From positions 14,014,001-14,078,000 of the forward strand of contig NW_024704743.1 of the NCBI RefSeq assembly GCF_018977255.1: DNA of 64,000 bases. The letters run 5' to 3'. Positions 11,784 through 26,156 of this stretch are shown here, piece after piece (the first letter of the stretch is position 1; every line of letters starts with the position of its first letter). The stretch comes from Callorhinchus milii (Eukaryota). Below the pieces are notes generated by a model. That model was given only the letters and a program-made list of their open reading frames with translations. It searched no databases and was not told where the DNA came from. Both the position numbers and the translations under genes were made by a program.

Positions 11784-13829
11784 TATGAGGTTTCACAGGT
11801 AAGAATGTCTGAATCGTTGAACACAATGTGATAGAATTTGCAGATTTCATGTCCTTTGCTTCTAATTTGCTGAGACAATAGTTGCAGGGATACTAGTCTG
11901 GAAAAACCCGAAGGAGTTCTTGATTGTGGTAATTCTTGTGTTTAGAAATGCGCAAACTGGTGTGGAACTGATGATTAAATCTGAGAGCATGCAGTTGTGA
12001 ATTTTTGTGTGTTAATTTGTTTCAGTTTGAAGAATGCCATAAGCAGCATTCAGCTACTGCAGCTTCATTAACACTGACACGTAGTAACAGCCAGTGACTG
12101 GAGGAGTGGTTGTTCCTGCAGTACTGGAATACTGACCAGTTCTTATAGTGTCGGAATACAGTCACAAAAGAAAATCTCATTGACGAAAAGGGGGGAAAAT
12201 TCAAGTTTAATAATAAAACCTTTTCGTAATTACACTTGTTCCTCAAATACTAATAATACTGTAGATAAACCATAAGTACACTTGGAAATATTAGTGTGCT
12301 CTTGGGCCGGGGGGGGGGGGGTCAAGATGTGAGAATTGAAATGCAACTTTAAATCAGTTTAAAAGCTGATGATTTGAATGTTGCCAATCAATGAATTACA
12401 ATGCTATGATGTATACTTCCCGAATGTTATATTCCAAGTAATCTCTTGCACATGATGATGTACAATCTCTGTATGTTTAGCTTCTGGAATCAATAACATT
12501 ATTCCTTGGAGCTGTTTGACCCACATGAGTTATTGGCTGCACTTATTTATTGTTAAGTGCACACTGGGGTCCTACCTTCTATCGCAGCAATCAAGACAAA
12601 ATGAAGTCAGTCTATCCAGAATATCACATCAGCTGCTTCCTAGGGGGTAGCAGATGACCTTTTGCCACAGTCACAAAGCAGCGAATGCACATAACCTTTT
12701 TGTACATCTCATTGTTGTAGTTAAATCTTTGTCCACTGACATTTTTTCTCCTTTAGAACTCTTGTCTGTCTTGTATGTGTACAAGTATCAAATCAGGTGG
12801 AAAATGAGCACAATAGCCAAATCTATTTAATTCCTCCTCTTTCCAACTCTTTCCCCTCCCCCACCCAATTGCTATACCACTTAACATTGTTCGATCTGCC
12901 GTGCCATGAGTGGATTGTCAACAGGGGAAACAGTGGGTTGAAATATTGCAGAGATCTGTGTGCTGCAAGTTTTTTAAAAAAAAATGGTTATTGAGCAATG
13001 AAAGTTGCTTCAATTCCTTTTGAGTATCATTTTGTTGTGAAGCAATTAAAAAGGGAGGAGAACAATTCAATGATATGCTAGAAAAACAACTGAAAATTCC
13101 AGACTTAAACTTGGACTCTCCTTTATTTCTATAATTCTTGTTGTATTTAGTTGGCCACCTTAAGTGATGGTAAACATGAAGTGACAATACTGGGTTCAGG
13201 TCAAATGTGTTTTTCTTCAAGGGTGGTGCTGGTGGGGGAGGCCAAGATTATTGAAATTTGGAATGAAATACTCAGTGTTTGACCTAGTATTCATTTTTTT
13301 TCTGGTTCTTTTGATTGTCCTTGTGATGGCAATTACTGCAAATGGAAAAACACTTGGACTTGAACCAGCAAGGTTTTGGTGACTGACTTCCAGACTGTGA
13401 AACGTGGGCATGAGTAAAAATGATTAATGTGATTAACCCTGTGAGTACTTTAGCTTTTTAAATGTGTTATTACTAGTCAGAAATCAGTTTGAGTAGGTAT
13501 GAAAATTGTCAGCCCAGGACTGAAGATGAAAACCATTTTTGCTTTTATTCAGTAGAAACCAATTCAGAAAGAATTACGGGGCTGTTTGATTCTTCTCAGC
13601 AAATTTTGAAACCGTAGAATGGCCTGCAACCAGTGCCATCCTTACATTCAATATAATAATGATACTGATAATAATATTGATGATGATGAGGATGACTTTA
13701 CTTACATTTGGTATAGTGCAACAACAACTTACATTTATATAGTGCCCTGCACGTGGTGTAGTGTCCCTAAGTACTTGACATCTTCAGGCTTGAGGGGCCG
13801 AATGGCCTACTCCTGCTCCTAATTCCTAC

Positions 13830-14395
13830 AGTGGTCCAGTCTGGCATTGATCCAGGGGAGAGCGAGAGGAGAGGTGACTGTAAGCACGATTACAAAGGAA
13901 GGTGCGATTTGAAGGTGGGGAGGGAAGGGGCAAGGCAGAGGGATTGAGTTCCAGAGTTTCGGGGTGTAGTGGCTGAAGGCATGGCCACCGATGGTGGAGC
14001 GGACGGTACAAAGGACAACAGAAGGCCAGAGCCAGCTGAGCAGTGATCGATTGGGAATAAGCAAGTCAGATAGGTAGGGAGGTGAGAGGGCATGAAGGGA
14101 TTTGAAAACGAGTGAGAGAATCTTGAAATCGATCTGTTCGATGTTTGAGAGCCATTGGAACCTGGCAATGACTGGTGTGCTGGGGTCTGGAGTTTCATGC
14201 AGGTGAGTATCCGGGCAGCAGAGGTTTGAATTAATTGGATTTTGTGTGTGGTGGAGCTGTGGAGACCAGCAAGGAGAGCATTGGAATAGCCCAGCCGGGA
14301 ATTGACAAAGCTGTGGACGAAGGTTTCAGCAGCGTTGATTGTGAAGTACGGGCGGAAGCCGGCAATGTGATGGATGTGAAAGGTTCCCTTGGTCA
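13830..14395 (-). mobile_element. L2 LINE 3' ORF2 fragment; short CR1-type tail at about 13790-13828 (+)
   Basis: AETFVHSFVNSRLGYSNALLAGL...KIQLIQTSAARIL; tail gggccgaatggcctactcctgctcct. Confidence 0.85.
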
Positions 14396-15563
14396 GGGAA
14401 CCTTTCAACCTAGTGCCTTTCAAATCAGGAGAGCGTCCCAAAGCACTTAACAGGATGTACTGTAAAGTGACTGTGTGTTTTGTGAGTGATCGCTGAGTGC
14501 CAAGACGTAAAAGCAAGGGTCCTGCTGTTTGTTCAGTTAGATGTTAAAGATCAGAAAAGGTTTAGGTTAAAGGACAGTATATTGGGTTTTCTTTCTTTGT
14601 AATGTTGCAGATGAACTTTTAAGGCTGAGCTAGAAATGTATCTGGGTGGTTTGAAGGATGCAAAGTCTTACAGTAGGACTTTGTCAGTACTGTGTGGAGC
14701 CTGTGACCAGGCTGCAGTTCACTCAGTTGAATAATTGTGTCTGTAATAAATGAATACTCAGGGGATAGTATTAAATGGTTTGTGTGAGGTGAAAGGCATC
14801 CATACCAGGCAATAGAATGTTTAATACTTACTTTGGTCACCCAGTGAGCCTGGTGCGGACTGCCAGATATAGATTAAAGCTCCCTTTACTCAGTTTGAAT
14901 ATTGTGTCTCAACTCCATGCCCAGGGGCACCCTTCCTTTTAAGGTGTGATCCCTCCATTTCCAACAACTTCTAGGGGTGGCGTTTGGCAATTTGGCCAAG
15001 TTCTGGGTCTACACACTGGAGACTGCCCAAGCTCAACTCACATTGAATCCTTACAGCAAGGAGAAATGAGAATATACGTCAAGTGAGCCTGGATTTGACA
15101 GTCATTTAACGCTAGCGAAGTCTTATAAAAAGGTGACTGGGGTGTTTTATGCTGTCTTCTATCTGCCCTTTTAATTCCTTAAAATTGCAGGTCCAAACAA
15201 TCTCCAGAAATAGCAACAAAAATGACTCGACGATTCTTCCACACCATTCAAGTCAAAAATAGGCAATCTACCTTGCGTTGGTACCTAAGCTGTCTAAACC
15301 TGACGAGACTTCACAAATGAAGTTTGCAATTTTGATTATTGCTCAGTTGTAGAGGCAGGTATTGCGACTGAGGGCCATAGGCATTAATATTCTGACTGAA
15401 TGAAAAATTTCCAGGTGAAATGAACCGGTCTTGAAATCATGATTTAATTTAAAGCGCTGAATTTATCCATGTTTGATGCATGAATAAGGATAAAACTACT
15501 TGCATTTATTTAGCACCTTTCAATTGGGGTAGGGCCTCGGAACATTCACTAAACAATGATGTA

Positions 15564-15745
15564 CAGTCAAATCTGTTCTAGCAACTAGCTCCTTTCAGCA
15601 ACCACCCCATGCTAACAACCACCCTAGAACAGCCCAGTCTGTCCCCTCTCTACACATACCAACAAACCCTTACTCAGGGGCCACCCTTATATAAAGGCAA
15701 CTTTGGCCCAGTCCCCTGAAAGGTTGTTGAAAACAGGTTTGACTG
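15564..15745. mobile_element. Tc1/mariner (Tigger/pogo-like) MITE
   Basis: Terminal inverted repeats cagtcaaatctgtt / aacaggtttgactg, preceded by TA on the left. Confidence 0.6.
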
Positions 15746-17604
15746 TTTTTCTTTGTGGGGGAGAGGAGTGGATAAATGAATTGCTAACCATTTACTCTGT
15801 TACTGCGTTTCACCCACAAAATATACAGTCAATTCCTTTACAGTATATCCTGTGAAGCACTTTGAGACGTCTCAAAGATGTGATAAGGCACTATGTCAAA
15901 TTCAAGGATTATTGTATCATTATATATTATAATCTAGGGGAACATTTAACGCAGCTTCTTCAGTTTGTAAGGCATAACTGACCTAAAGTGGAAATCTACC
16001 CTTCAGGTGAGCTCCAAGGTGGAACCTGAACCAGCTACTGGAGCTTTAAATGTAGGTAATTTATTGCTGACATGTAGCAGCAACCAGCTTGGATTCAGTG
16101 GACTCCAAAGGGGAAAAGGAGAGGGGAGGGAGAATTGCAGAGTGTCTGTTTTTAATTACGTATGTTTTGGCAAGCAATTAGCTTTCCTGTATAATTGTAG
16201 GCATTACTGTATATGTAATGGGTGGCAAATATTTCTGTCAAGTGGGAGCCACACAGCAGTTGCACTGCTCACCGTAAAAGACTTTCATAAAAATTATCAG
16301 GAGCAGGGCTACGCATAAGTAAGCTTGTCATTTCTGGGACAAATAACTTTGAGTGGCTGTTCTGACAATGCACATTGAGTTACCAATGGGCTGTGTCGTC
16401 CAGTCAGTTGCAGAGGATGAAATTCCATCTCCAATTTAAAATATGAGGACTAGAATGGGTTTCCACTGTTGCGCAGGCACTTGGTTTGTTGGCTGATTGT
16501 TTCGTTAATCTAGCTTATAAAAAATTGTCTAAATGTCTAAGATTGCAGAAATACTCTCACAAAATATTTTTACTTTTGTGCTTTATGTAAATTAACATTT
16601 GCGATGAATTAGTGGAAACCAACATGGTTCCAAGTGGACTTTAATACTGAAAGTGTTGTCCGAATGCAGGCACTTTCAAACACAATTTTCACACAGCAGT
16701 GAGTTTATTAAAGGTGTCAATTTTGTGTAATTGTCTGACTGCTGCTTATTGATTACCCTCTGTAGCCTTCTTTGCTTTCAAAGGGGGCTACACTTTCAGC
16801 TACACCCAAGGTTACTCCTGTTGAGCTGTTCGTTTTGTGATTGCTTACAGATACAAGCAACAAGCTTAGACTACCCGGAATGGATAGTCTCCAACCAGTT
16901 TCCTAGTCTCTGATCCGAGGAGGCAAAAATATCAAAGGTCTCCCAACAAATTGAAAATTTTTTATATTTTCCAATTCTATCGGTTTGATTCTTAAGATTC
17001 CTGAAGATTAACACATTGTGTCTTTACAGTACAGAAGGTTAAAAAGGTAAAAAATATAAAAGGAGCTAAAATGCAAGATTTATTAGTATTTTCAAAAATG
17101 GTTTCAGCAACTGGTTCTCTTTAAAACACTTTTTTTTGTCACAGGCTGCTATTGGTCCCCCCCCCCACCCCACCACCACGTTTTTTCCAGTTCCTTTGTT
17201 TCTTCCCAGGAGGGTTGAGTGCTCTTTCCAGACAGGTTTTGTAGTTCCCAATACTCATTTGTGTTCTTTGTACCTTAGATGTATTCAAGTTATGAGGAAA
17301 AACTTTGACCCTTGATGGATTGTTACAGTAAACACATTACACTGAATGGTTCTTTTACACCTTGCTCTGAACCAGACTTCAGAGAGTGTCTGCAACAAAG
17401 GTGATTTCAAAGTTTTGCTAGCCTTTGTTCAGTTTTTAAGAAAGTAGTAGATGCATTTTTAAATTATTACTAAAGGACCTAATGGTGATGCAGTAACTCG
17501 ATTTGCCAGTCACTTGGTTGATGTATTCATTTCAGTTTCATTGAGCTAAGGCTAGTACGAGAGATCTGAGTGCTGAATGATTCAATAATATATCAAGATA
17601 TATA

Positions 17605-17746
17605 GACCGTTTTGACGAAGGGTCGTGGACCCGAAACGTTGACTCACTTTCCTTTCTCTATAGATGCTGTCTGACCTGCTGAATGTTCCCAGCGACTTCT
17701 GTTTTTGATTTCAGATTTCCAGCATCTGCAGTATTTTCGTTTTGTA
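17605..17746 (+). mobile_element. Penelope-like terminal-repeat fragment with degenerate hammerhead motif
   Basis: ttgacga-a-gggtc-gtg-gaccc-gaaa-cgtt followed by gatgctgtctgacctgctga...ttccagcatctgcag, which I recall as a shark Penelope-like repeat. Confidence 0.65.
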
Positions 17747-18654
17747 TAAATTTGTCCAATTCAAGGAGCATTACTCCATCCAAACAAGACAGTGTTTGAA
17801 ATTTGTATCTCCGTAAACAAATAGAACAATGTCAAGGGATACGTTCTACTTCCTACATCGCAATTTGAGCAGTGAGTGCAAAATATTGACAGCCATGGAA
17901 CTCAAATTAGTAGCTATTAACAAGCTGTTCCATTTCTAATTAAGATGTTAGGCATTTAAAGATTGAAACCAGGAGTCATTAGTGTGAATAGAGGACTTGT
18001 TAGCTGAATGTTGGAGAGATGTGAGAGTTTATTGATTTATCTACACAGTAAGTGCAAATACAAATTGAGGACTGCTTGACACCAAATCTAGATCTGTACC
18101 ACCTTTTTCAATATCGATAGCGCTTCACAGTTTCTGCTGTTGACTGCAATTAATGTCCAAACTCAGCAAAATAGTCATTGTACTGACCCAGTCCTTTTGT
18201 GTTGAATTCTAATTTACAAATCCACCTCCCATTGTACAGAGATTCTGATTCTGGCATAAAATATACCTAGATATTCTTTTTAATGTTTGGCTTGTAAAAT
18301 ATAGTCAATCAACTGCTAAATTTCAAAGGCAGAAAACATTTCCCATTTTTGGTACTGTGTTTCTGTTGTACATATGCGTTCAGATTGAAATGTTCAATTG
18401 ACTGACATTTTAAATTCCTCATTAACTTCAGGTTTTCATTTGAAAAACATATGCTCAGTGTGTCTACATGATCTGCTCTTGAACACGTTTGTCATCTGAA
18501 AGAAAAAGCTTTGTTTCATTTTTGTTATAGCACTTATAGCTGGTGTTGTGGAGGAAATGAGGGAGTAAGTGTGTCCTGCTGGCAAGCCATGTATGTAATC
18601 TAATCCACTAGAGTAATACATGATGTATTTTTTGGCTTCCTCACTAACGTATCA

Positions 18655-19060
18655 TAATCATCCTTACTTTTGTTGTAACGCCTTTCGTATCAGCGTACGT
18701 GTCATCATGCTTCACAGGATTTTATATTTTTGCGGGCAAAAGTGACGGCCAATTTGTGCACATCAATGACCCACAAACAGCTATGAAGTGAATGACTGAT
18801 TTTATTTGGGGAATTATTGGGCAGGACACCGGCAGAAACTTTCCTCTCTTTTCAAATAGTGCCATGGCGTCTTTAATTTCCATCTGAACAGGCAGATAAT
18901 TTAATGTCTCCTTCAACGATGGCTCTCTGACAATACAGCATTCTCCCAACACTGTACTCAAGTGTCAGCCGAGACTCTGAGCTCAACGTTCCAACGTGGG
19001 GCATGAGCCCACAATCCTTTGACTCTGAGGTAAGAGTACTACCAACTGAGTCAGGTTGGT
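18655..19060 (-). mobile_element. Deu-domain SINE
   Basis: Colinear with 29604-30017 and 437-1172. Confidence 0.8.
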
Positions 19061-19622
19061 TATTATCCAACAATGGTTAATTCTCAGGGAATGCCTCACA
19101 ACCAACACTCCTGGAATCCAAACTGGCTCATTTCTCATCTTTTCCTGCACATCCAAATTAGAAATTGATCTAATTCCCTTCTGAATGATTCAGCCATGAT
19201 TGTATTTACTGCATTCGTTTACAATCAATTTAGTAAATCAATTGGTGAGCAGAAAAAAAATTATGTTTTAGCTTATACTTTTATTTTATAGACAGAATAG
19301 CTTTCTGTGCCTAATTTATAGACACATTATTTTAAAGATAGGTTATGCCATTACTTAATCTTTTTTTTCCAATTAGGGTTAGGCACCCACCCACGTCTCT
19401 TCCTCAATCACCTTATTTAGTTAAATACATTACATGTTGTGACATTATCATGTTTCACTTCTCAATATTTCACTGGTGAAGCATCTGTGCAGTAACGGCC
19501 TATTGATCTGTTTGAATTGATTGCTATTCAACAAAACTTGGCGTCATCTTAGGTGCCTGGCTCATTTGGCACCCTCTTGCTTCTGAGCTGGAAAGTTATG
19601 AGCTCAAATCCCTGTTTTGACC

Positions 19623-21060
19623 CCATCCGCAGACATGGGGTCAACTTTCACATGTAGGCAGACGAAACCCAACTCCACGTCTCTGCCTCCACATTTGACT
19701 CCAGGGCCACTGCCGTCCTGACAGAATGTCTGTCAGACATCAAGTCCTGGATGAGAGCTAACTTTCTTCAGTTGAACGTCAACAAGACCGAGGCTCTCCT
19801 GATTGGCTCCCGTCAGTGCCTCCACACCTCAGGCACTGACCGCATCACCATCCATGGTTGCACACTCCACCTTGCTCAGCCATTCCGGAAGCTTGAGGTC
19901 TTCTTTGACCCTCAACTATCCTTTCTACCCCACATCTGCGCCATGACCCACTTGCTTTCCCCCACCTCTGCAACGTTGCCCAGCTCCGCCACTGTCTCAC
20001 ACCGCAGGCTGCCGAAACCCTCCTACATTACCCTTAAACCTTCATTGGATCGAGGCTCGACTATCCAAACTTATTGCTTGTCGGCCTCCCAAACTCCTCC
20101 CTCCACAGGCTGCTGATCATCCAGAACTCTACAGCCTGTGTCCTCTCCTGCACTAGGTTCCTCGACCCTATCACCCCCATCCTTGCCCAACTCCACTGGC
20201 TTCCCATCACACAGAGGATACAGTTCAAGATCCTGGTCCTCACCTTCAAAGGCCTCCACGGTCTTGCTTCCCCCTACCTCTGGAAACTCCTAACCCCTAC
20301 CATCCTGCTCGCTCCTTCCACTTAGCGGACTCCGGGCCTCTTCACGTTCCCTGCCTTGCTCGGGCGGGCCTTCCGCCACTCTGCCCCCATCTTCTGGAAA
20401 TCCATCCCACAGTCCCTCTGCCTCATCCTCACCTACAAGAGCATTCACGGCCTTGCTCCCTCCTACCTCTCCGACCTACTATCCCCCTACCTACCTGCCC
20501 GTACCCTCCGTTCCTCTGGCTCCGGTCTGCTCCACATCCCCCGCACCAACTGCCCTACCATCGGTGGCCGGGCCTTCAGCCTCTCAGCCCCTAGGCTCTG
20601 GAACTCCATCCCCCAGTGCCTTCGCCGCCTCCTCTCTTTCCTCCTTCAAGGCCGGTCTCAAGACCTTTCTCTTTGACCGTGCCTTCAGCTCCCCTCTCGA
20701 CTCTCTACCCCCTCCTCGCTCCCTCCCTTCCCTCCCCTCACCCTGACCATTTCCCCCCTGCTCGGGTCCTGACCCAACTGTCCAGCACCGTGGGACGTCC
20801 TTCCGATGTGAAAGGCGCTCTATAAATGAAATGTTGTTGTTGCCTCGTCCCCTCCCTCACCACCTTCAAGACCCATCTCAAGACCCTCCTCTTCGACCGG
20901 AGTTTCGATCTCCCTGCTTCCCCCTCTGCCCTCCACCCTTCACGACCCTGACCCCCAGCTCAGATCCATGACTCTGTCTGTCCAGCGCCTTGACGTGACA
21001 GCACCTCCCGACATTAGAAGGTGCTTTACAAATGTAATTTTGTTGTTGTTGTTATTGTTT
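19623..21060 (+). mobile_element. L2 LINE 3' region with a second L2 3' end nested at 20425-20840
   Basis: WMRANFLQLNVNKTE and LHWLPITQRIQFKIL motifs; TGCCTC duplicated at 20419-20424 and 20841-20846. Confidence 0.88.
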
Positions 21061-21204
21061 TGGGAGTTTGAGCTCGGAGACGAGGCTGACATCCCAATGA
21101 AATCCTGAGGGAATTGCTGCATTTTTGGATGTGCTGTTATTTGGATGACACATTTTACCAAGGTGCTGTCTGCCTGTTAAGGTGGATTAAAGATACTGTT
21201 ACAC

Positions 21205-21610
21205 TAATAATAATATTTGCATTTGATGTAGCACTGTTCACATCAGGAAAACATCCTGAAGCACTTTACAGGATGTTTTATTTTAAGTGTGGTGAGTCTG
21301 TACCTTGTGCACAAATTAACTGCTGCATTTATCTACATCAGTTTCCACAAAACAGCCATGGAGTGAATGACCAGTTTTATTTGTGGGATTGTTGGTAAGG
21401 ACACTACGAGAAACTCCCTGCTTTTCAAATAGTGACATGTGGTCTACATAGTCCAATTGAACAAGCAGACAGGGCTTCAGTTTAACATCTCTTCTGAAGA
21501 AGAGCAACTCTGGCAATGCAACATCTCTCTATGTGACACCAAAGTCCTGACTTGAACCTGCAACCTTTTGACTCGGGAGGGGTGAGTGCTACCAACCTTA
21601 ACCAGGCTAA
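21205..21610 (-). mobile_element. Deu-domain SINE (degenerate)
   Basis: Colinear with the other Deu-SINE copies. Confidence 0.7.
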
Positions 21611-22324
21611 CGCCATTTGAAAAGAGAAAATGAGTTTCTCCCAGTGTTCTCGCCAGTAATCCCTCAAATATATTTCAAAAATGTTTTTTTCAATTTCAAT
21701 GGCTCATGAAGCATTGCAAATAGGCTGCCATGTTTACCTACAAATACACTCATTGGCACGCAACCCTGGGTGAGCTATATAAATGCAAGTTGTTGTCGTG
21801 AACATTTCATGCATGTCTGGCAAAGAACAGAAGTAGAACAGAGGATTGAATCAATCTGCTCAGCAGAACTATCTGAATTCAAGTTACTGCCTTTCATTAT
21901 TACTCTGGGTTTCTTTTCAGCTGGTTTATTATCCAATTAAGTACGACCTTTTAACCCAAAAGCATTCATTTTCATTACAAGTCTCTGATGCCACTTCATA
22001 TTAAGCAAAAGTCATTTTCAATGATGTGGTCTTTATGGGTTCATACTTTTTTAGTGATTGTTGGTCATTTCAATTAGACATCTGGTGCCACAAATGGCCA
22101 CTGCTTACAAATAGGGTCGTTTCAGCTGCTAATTATACAACAGCAAGTAATTGAAGACTCTTTTCGTAAATGGAAACCACTTTTATGCTTTTGATATTGA
22201 GCTTTTTGGAAAATTGGTTGGGGGATCAAATGTTGAGCTGAGATAAAAAGTTCAGTAGAGGTCCATAGAACAGTCACAGTGAAGGCATTTCATAATTTTC
22301 CCTTGCATTGATCTGGTGATTAGC

Positions 22325-24335
22325 CAGGGCCTCAGCGTCTCGGACCTCACCATCATCGACAAAGTCATCTCGGACCACTACTTCATCTCTCTTAACTCCT
22401 CAATCCCTTTCCCCACCACCACCCAACACATCTCCATCTCCTAACATTCCTGGAAAATAATCTCCCCCCCCCCCCCCACTCTCCGCTGCCCTGGCGTCAT
22501 CTGAACTCCTTCCCCTCTGGCCTAACTTCCGCACCGACTTATCCTCCCTCCTCGGTCACTCTCCTCCACAACTTCCTCTCCACCATTCTCGATGCCCTTG
22601 CCCCTCTCACCTCCCAAACTGGCTCTTACTCATGCACTTCACCTTGATACACCAGCTACCTCCACTCCCTCAAAGCACAGGTGCATGTGCCGAACGCACC
22701 TACTTTAAATCTAATTTAACAGTCCAATGGTAGATCTGGCTGGACTACATCAAAACGTACCACTCCGCCGTCGCCTCTGCTAAATCATCCTTCTACGCCA
22801 ATATAATCTTGGAGGCCAAGAACAACCCCAGGCTCCTCTTCTCCAACACCAACTGCTCGTCCACCCACCCTCTCATGCTTGGCCCATCCTCATCTCCATC
22901 TCCAACTGAGAGGAGATACTGGAGTTCCTCAGACCAACATCGAAGGGAGCCGCTCAATCGCCTCTGCCCTTTCAACTGTTTTCCCTCCCCATCACCTTCT
23001 CGCACTCCGGCCCCTACCTATCCCTCCCGACACACCTTTGAATCTATCTCCCCCTCCTCTCTCACCACTTGTCCACTGTCATCGTTCCCACCTCCTTAAA
23101 AACAGCCGCCATAACCCCAATCCTCAAAAAAAAAAACTAGACATATCCCTGCTCTCAAACTACCGCACCATCTCCAACCTTCCTTTCCATACATCTGGAA
23201 CAAGTTGTTGCTTCCCAGCTTTGCTGCTTCTTCTCCCTCGACTCACTCTACGAACCTCTCCAATCAAGTTTCCGTGCTTCCCACAGCACAGAAACAGCCC
23301 TGGTCAAAGTGACAAATGACATTTTGTCGATCTGTGACCAGGGCTCCCTCTGTCTCCTCCTGCTTGACCTCTCTGCTGCCTTTAATAATAATAATGATAA
23401 TAATAATCCTTGCATTTGATATAGCGCTTTTCACGTCGGGAGGACGTCCCAAAGCGCTTCACAGAACACACTGTAAAGTGAATTGACTGTATATTTGTGG
23501 GCGGACGCGGCAGCCAATTGCGCACAGCAGTGTCCCACAAACAGTGATGGATTGAAAATGACCAATTTATTATTGTTTTGTTTTTGGAGGGATTATTATT
23601 AGTCGTGTGGAGTAAGGAAACTTGCCCAAGGTTTCGCCCTGACTGGAATTGAACTCAGGTCCCTCACTTGCAAAGCGAGTGCTCTAACCACTGAGCTATA
23701 GGACTCCACAAAGTGGACTTTGACACTGCTGATCATTCTGTCCTCCTCCCCCGCCTCTCCTCTTACCTCAACCTTCATGGTTCTGTCCTTCACTGGTTCA
23801 GATCCTACCTTGCACAACCTCTCCACTTTGTCTCCACAAACAGCTTCTCTTCCAGCCCCCTCACCATCTTGTGAGGTGTCCCTCAGGACTCTGTCCTTGG
23901 TCCTCTTGGTGAAATCATCCGCAGACATGGGGTCAACTTCCATGTGTATGTGGATGACGCCCAACTCTATCTCTCTGCCTCCATCCGTGACCTGCTAACC
24001 CCATATCAACTTGTCCGCTCAGCAGGCTGTGGCCTGCTCCATGTCCCCTGCCTGGCCTGCCCCATCATTAGCGGTTGGGCCTTCAGCTTCTCTGCCCCCA
24101 CCCTTCGGAACTCCATCCCACATTCCCTTCGCGTCACTCCCTCCCTTGTCTCCGTCAAACCACATCTCAAGACCTTCCTCGTCCACCGCGCATTCAGCTA
24201 CCTTCCTACCCCTACCCTCCCTGCCCTCAAGCCCCCTGATCCCAACCCCTGCTCGGGTCCAAATCCTTGATGGTCTGTCACCTTGGGACGTCCTCCCAAC
24301 GTGAAAGTCGCTATACAAATGTCATTTGTTGTTTT
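22325..24335 (+). mobile_element. Internally deleted L2 LINE
   Basis: [28 protein letters not shown] motifs and L2 tail; interrupted by a SINE. Confidence 0.85.
23384..23717 (-). mobile_element. Young tRNA-derived SINE inserted in the L2 RT region
   Basis: Splits the SAAF|DT codons; CTTT at both 23380-23383 and 23718-23721. Confidence 0.9.
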
Positions 24336-24339
24336 GTTG

Positions 24340-24725
24340 CATTGGATTTACTGTAAAATAAGGATTTACCGTAAAGGGTAGTGACTGTATTTTATAGACA
24401 ATTGAGGCTGTCAATTTGCACACTATTTGTTCAAAAACAGCCTTGCAGTGAATTACCAATTTTATCTGGAGGATTGTTGTCAGGCCACTGGGCAAAATTT
24501 CTCTTTTCAAGTAGTGTCATGGGATATTTAATGTCCACCTGAACAGGTAGAGACAGAACTTTGGTTTCAGGTCTCATCCAAGTACGATGTAGCATTCTAA
24601 CAATCTAACGATACAGTCTCCGCCAGCACTGGACTGAGTGACAGCCTGGACTGAGCTCAGAGTTCTGATGAGGTTCTCCAACCCACAACCTGTCTCGGAG
24701 GTGAGAGTGCTACCAACTGAACCAC
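24340..24725 (-). mobile_element. Deu-domain SINE
   Basis: Colinear with the other copies. Confidence 0.75.
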
Positions 24726-26156
24726 ACTTAGAGTATTTGCACTCTGAACCATCAGCAAGCTTTGTTATTCCTTCTTTAAGTTGATTTGGGAGTTTGTCTT
24801 ATCCTCTGGTTTGTGCGAAATTGTTGGAAATTGCTGGCATTAGTGTCTATTTTATCTTGTTAATATCGATCTGCTTTAATTCCTCCCCAATCCACTGCCG
24901 TTTTTCAGTTGTTCCTTTGTTTTATCCTTTAGAAAAAGTCTCATTTCTAGTTGCTTGTGCTTATACTTAAACTCTATGTATGCACAGTTTCTACTACAAG
25001 ACACTAAATGGTCATGGGAAGCCACTTCTTCCTAACCCAGGGTTACAAATCCAAGTGTTGAGATCTGCTAAGATAACTGGTCTCAGATCAGGGACTCAAC
25101 CTGGGATGTTTCTTGTAAGTGTAGCTTAGCATCATAATCAGGAAGTGCATTTTTACGACCAAGCTTCTGTCAGGAGTTTGAACTCAGCTCAAGCTGACCC
25201 TCCAAAATAGTGCTGAGGTTAGGCTGCAATATTGGAGGTGCCATGCTTTGGATGAGATATTGAACTGAAGTCTAGCATTCCTGTTCAGATGGACATTAAA
25301 GATCCTGTATTGCTATTGGAAAAGAGACCAACAATACCCCAGATAAAATTGGTCATTCAACTCATTGCTGTTTGTAGTGCATAAAATTGGTGCCACATTC
25401 GCTTCAAATACACAATCACTCCACCTTCTAGTAAATAGACCTCTTATCAGTGTGAAAGGTGCTACATGAAATGCAAGGATTATATCTTTTAAACAAATTG
25501 CCAGTGGGTTGCGAGGTGTTAGATTGTTTTTGATTCAACCACTGCTATATAAGGTACCAGGTCCCATTACACTCAATATTGTCTCACAATTGTTCTTCAG
25601 AGGAAAATTTGATCCTATCAATCTGAGCTGGATTTAAACCAAAATTCCTGAGGTGAAAGGGCAATGAGCTAACCCACTCCTGAACCCACATTCTTTGTTT
25701 TCTTTTAATGCGTTGCCTGTCGGTACTTTGTGAATGAGAATGCTCCACATTGACCATACAAGACCTGAGATATTGATGCTTGTCAATGATTGAGCCTAAG
25801 CTACATTGTGCTGTAGTTGTGTAAAGACACCATGCCAATTATGTGAACTGCAGGTCAATGAGAGAACAAACTTAATTTGGTATCCATAGCAAATGACTGC
25901 TAATGTAGACTGGACAGAACAAATAGCTGAAACTCAATGTATGCATTTTGGTCCTGTGGTGGGCTTGTTTTATATCCTTGGTAGGTACCCCTTTATTTCT
26001 AAGTGTAAGAGTTGTTTGCAGGGCCTCCTGTTTAGAAGGTCTGCACCAGATGGACTGGGATTATCTGAATGGTTTGGATGGTCTGGATGTTGGGTGACGG
26101 TGGTGGGCATCTCTGTCACCATCTCCACTGCCTGGGCATAGGAATTAGTCTTGAGT

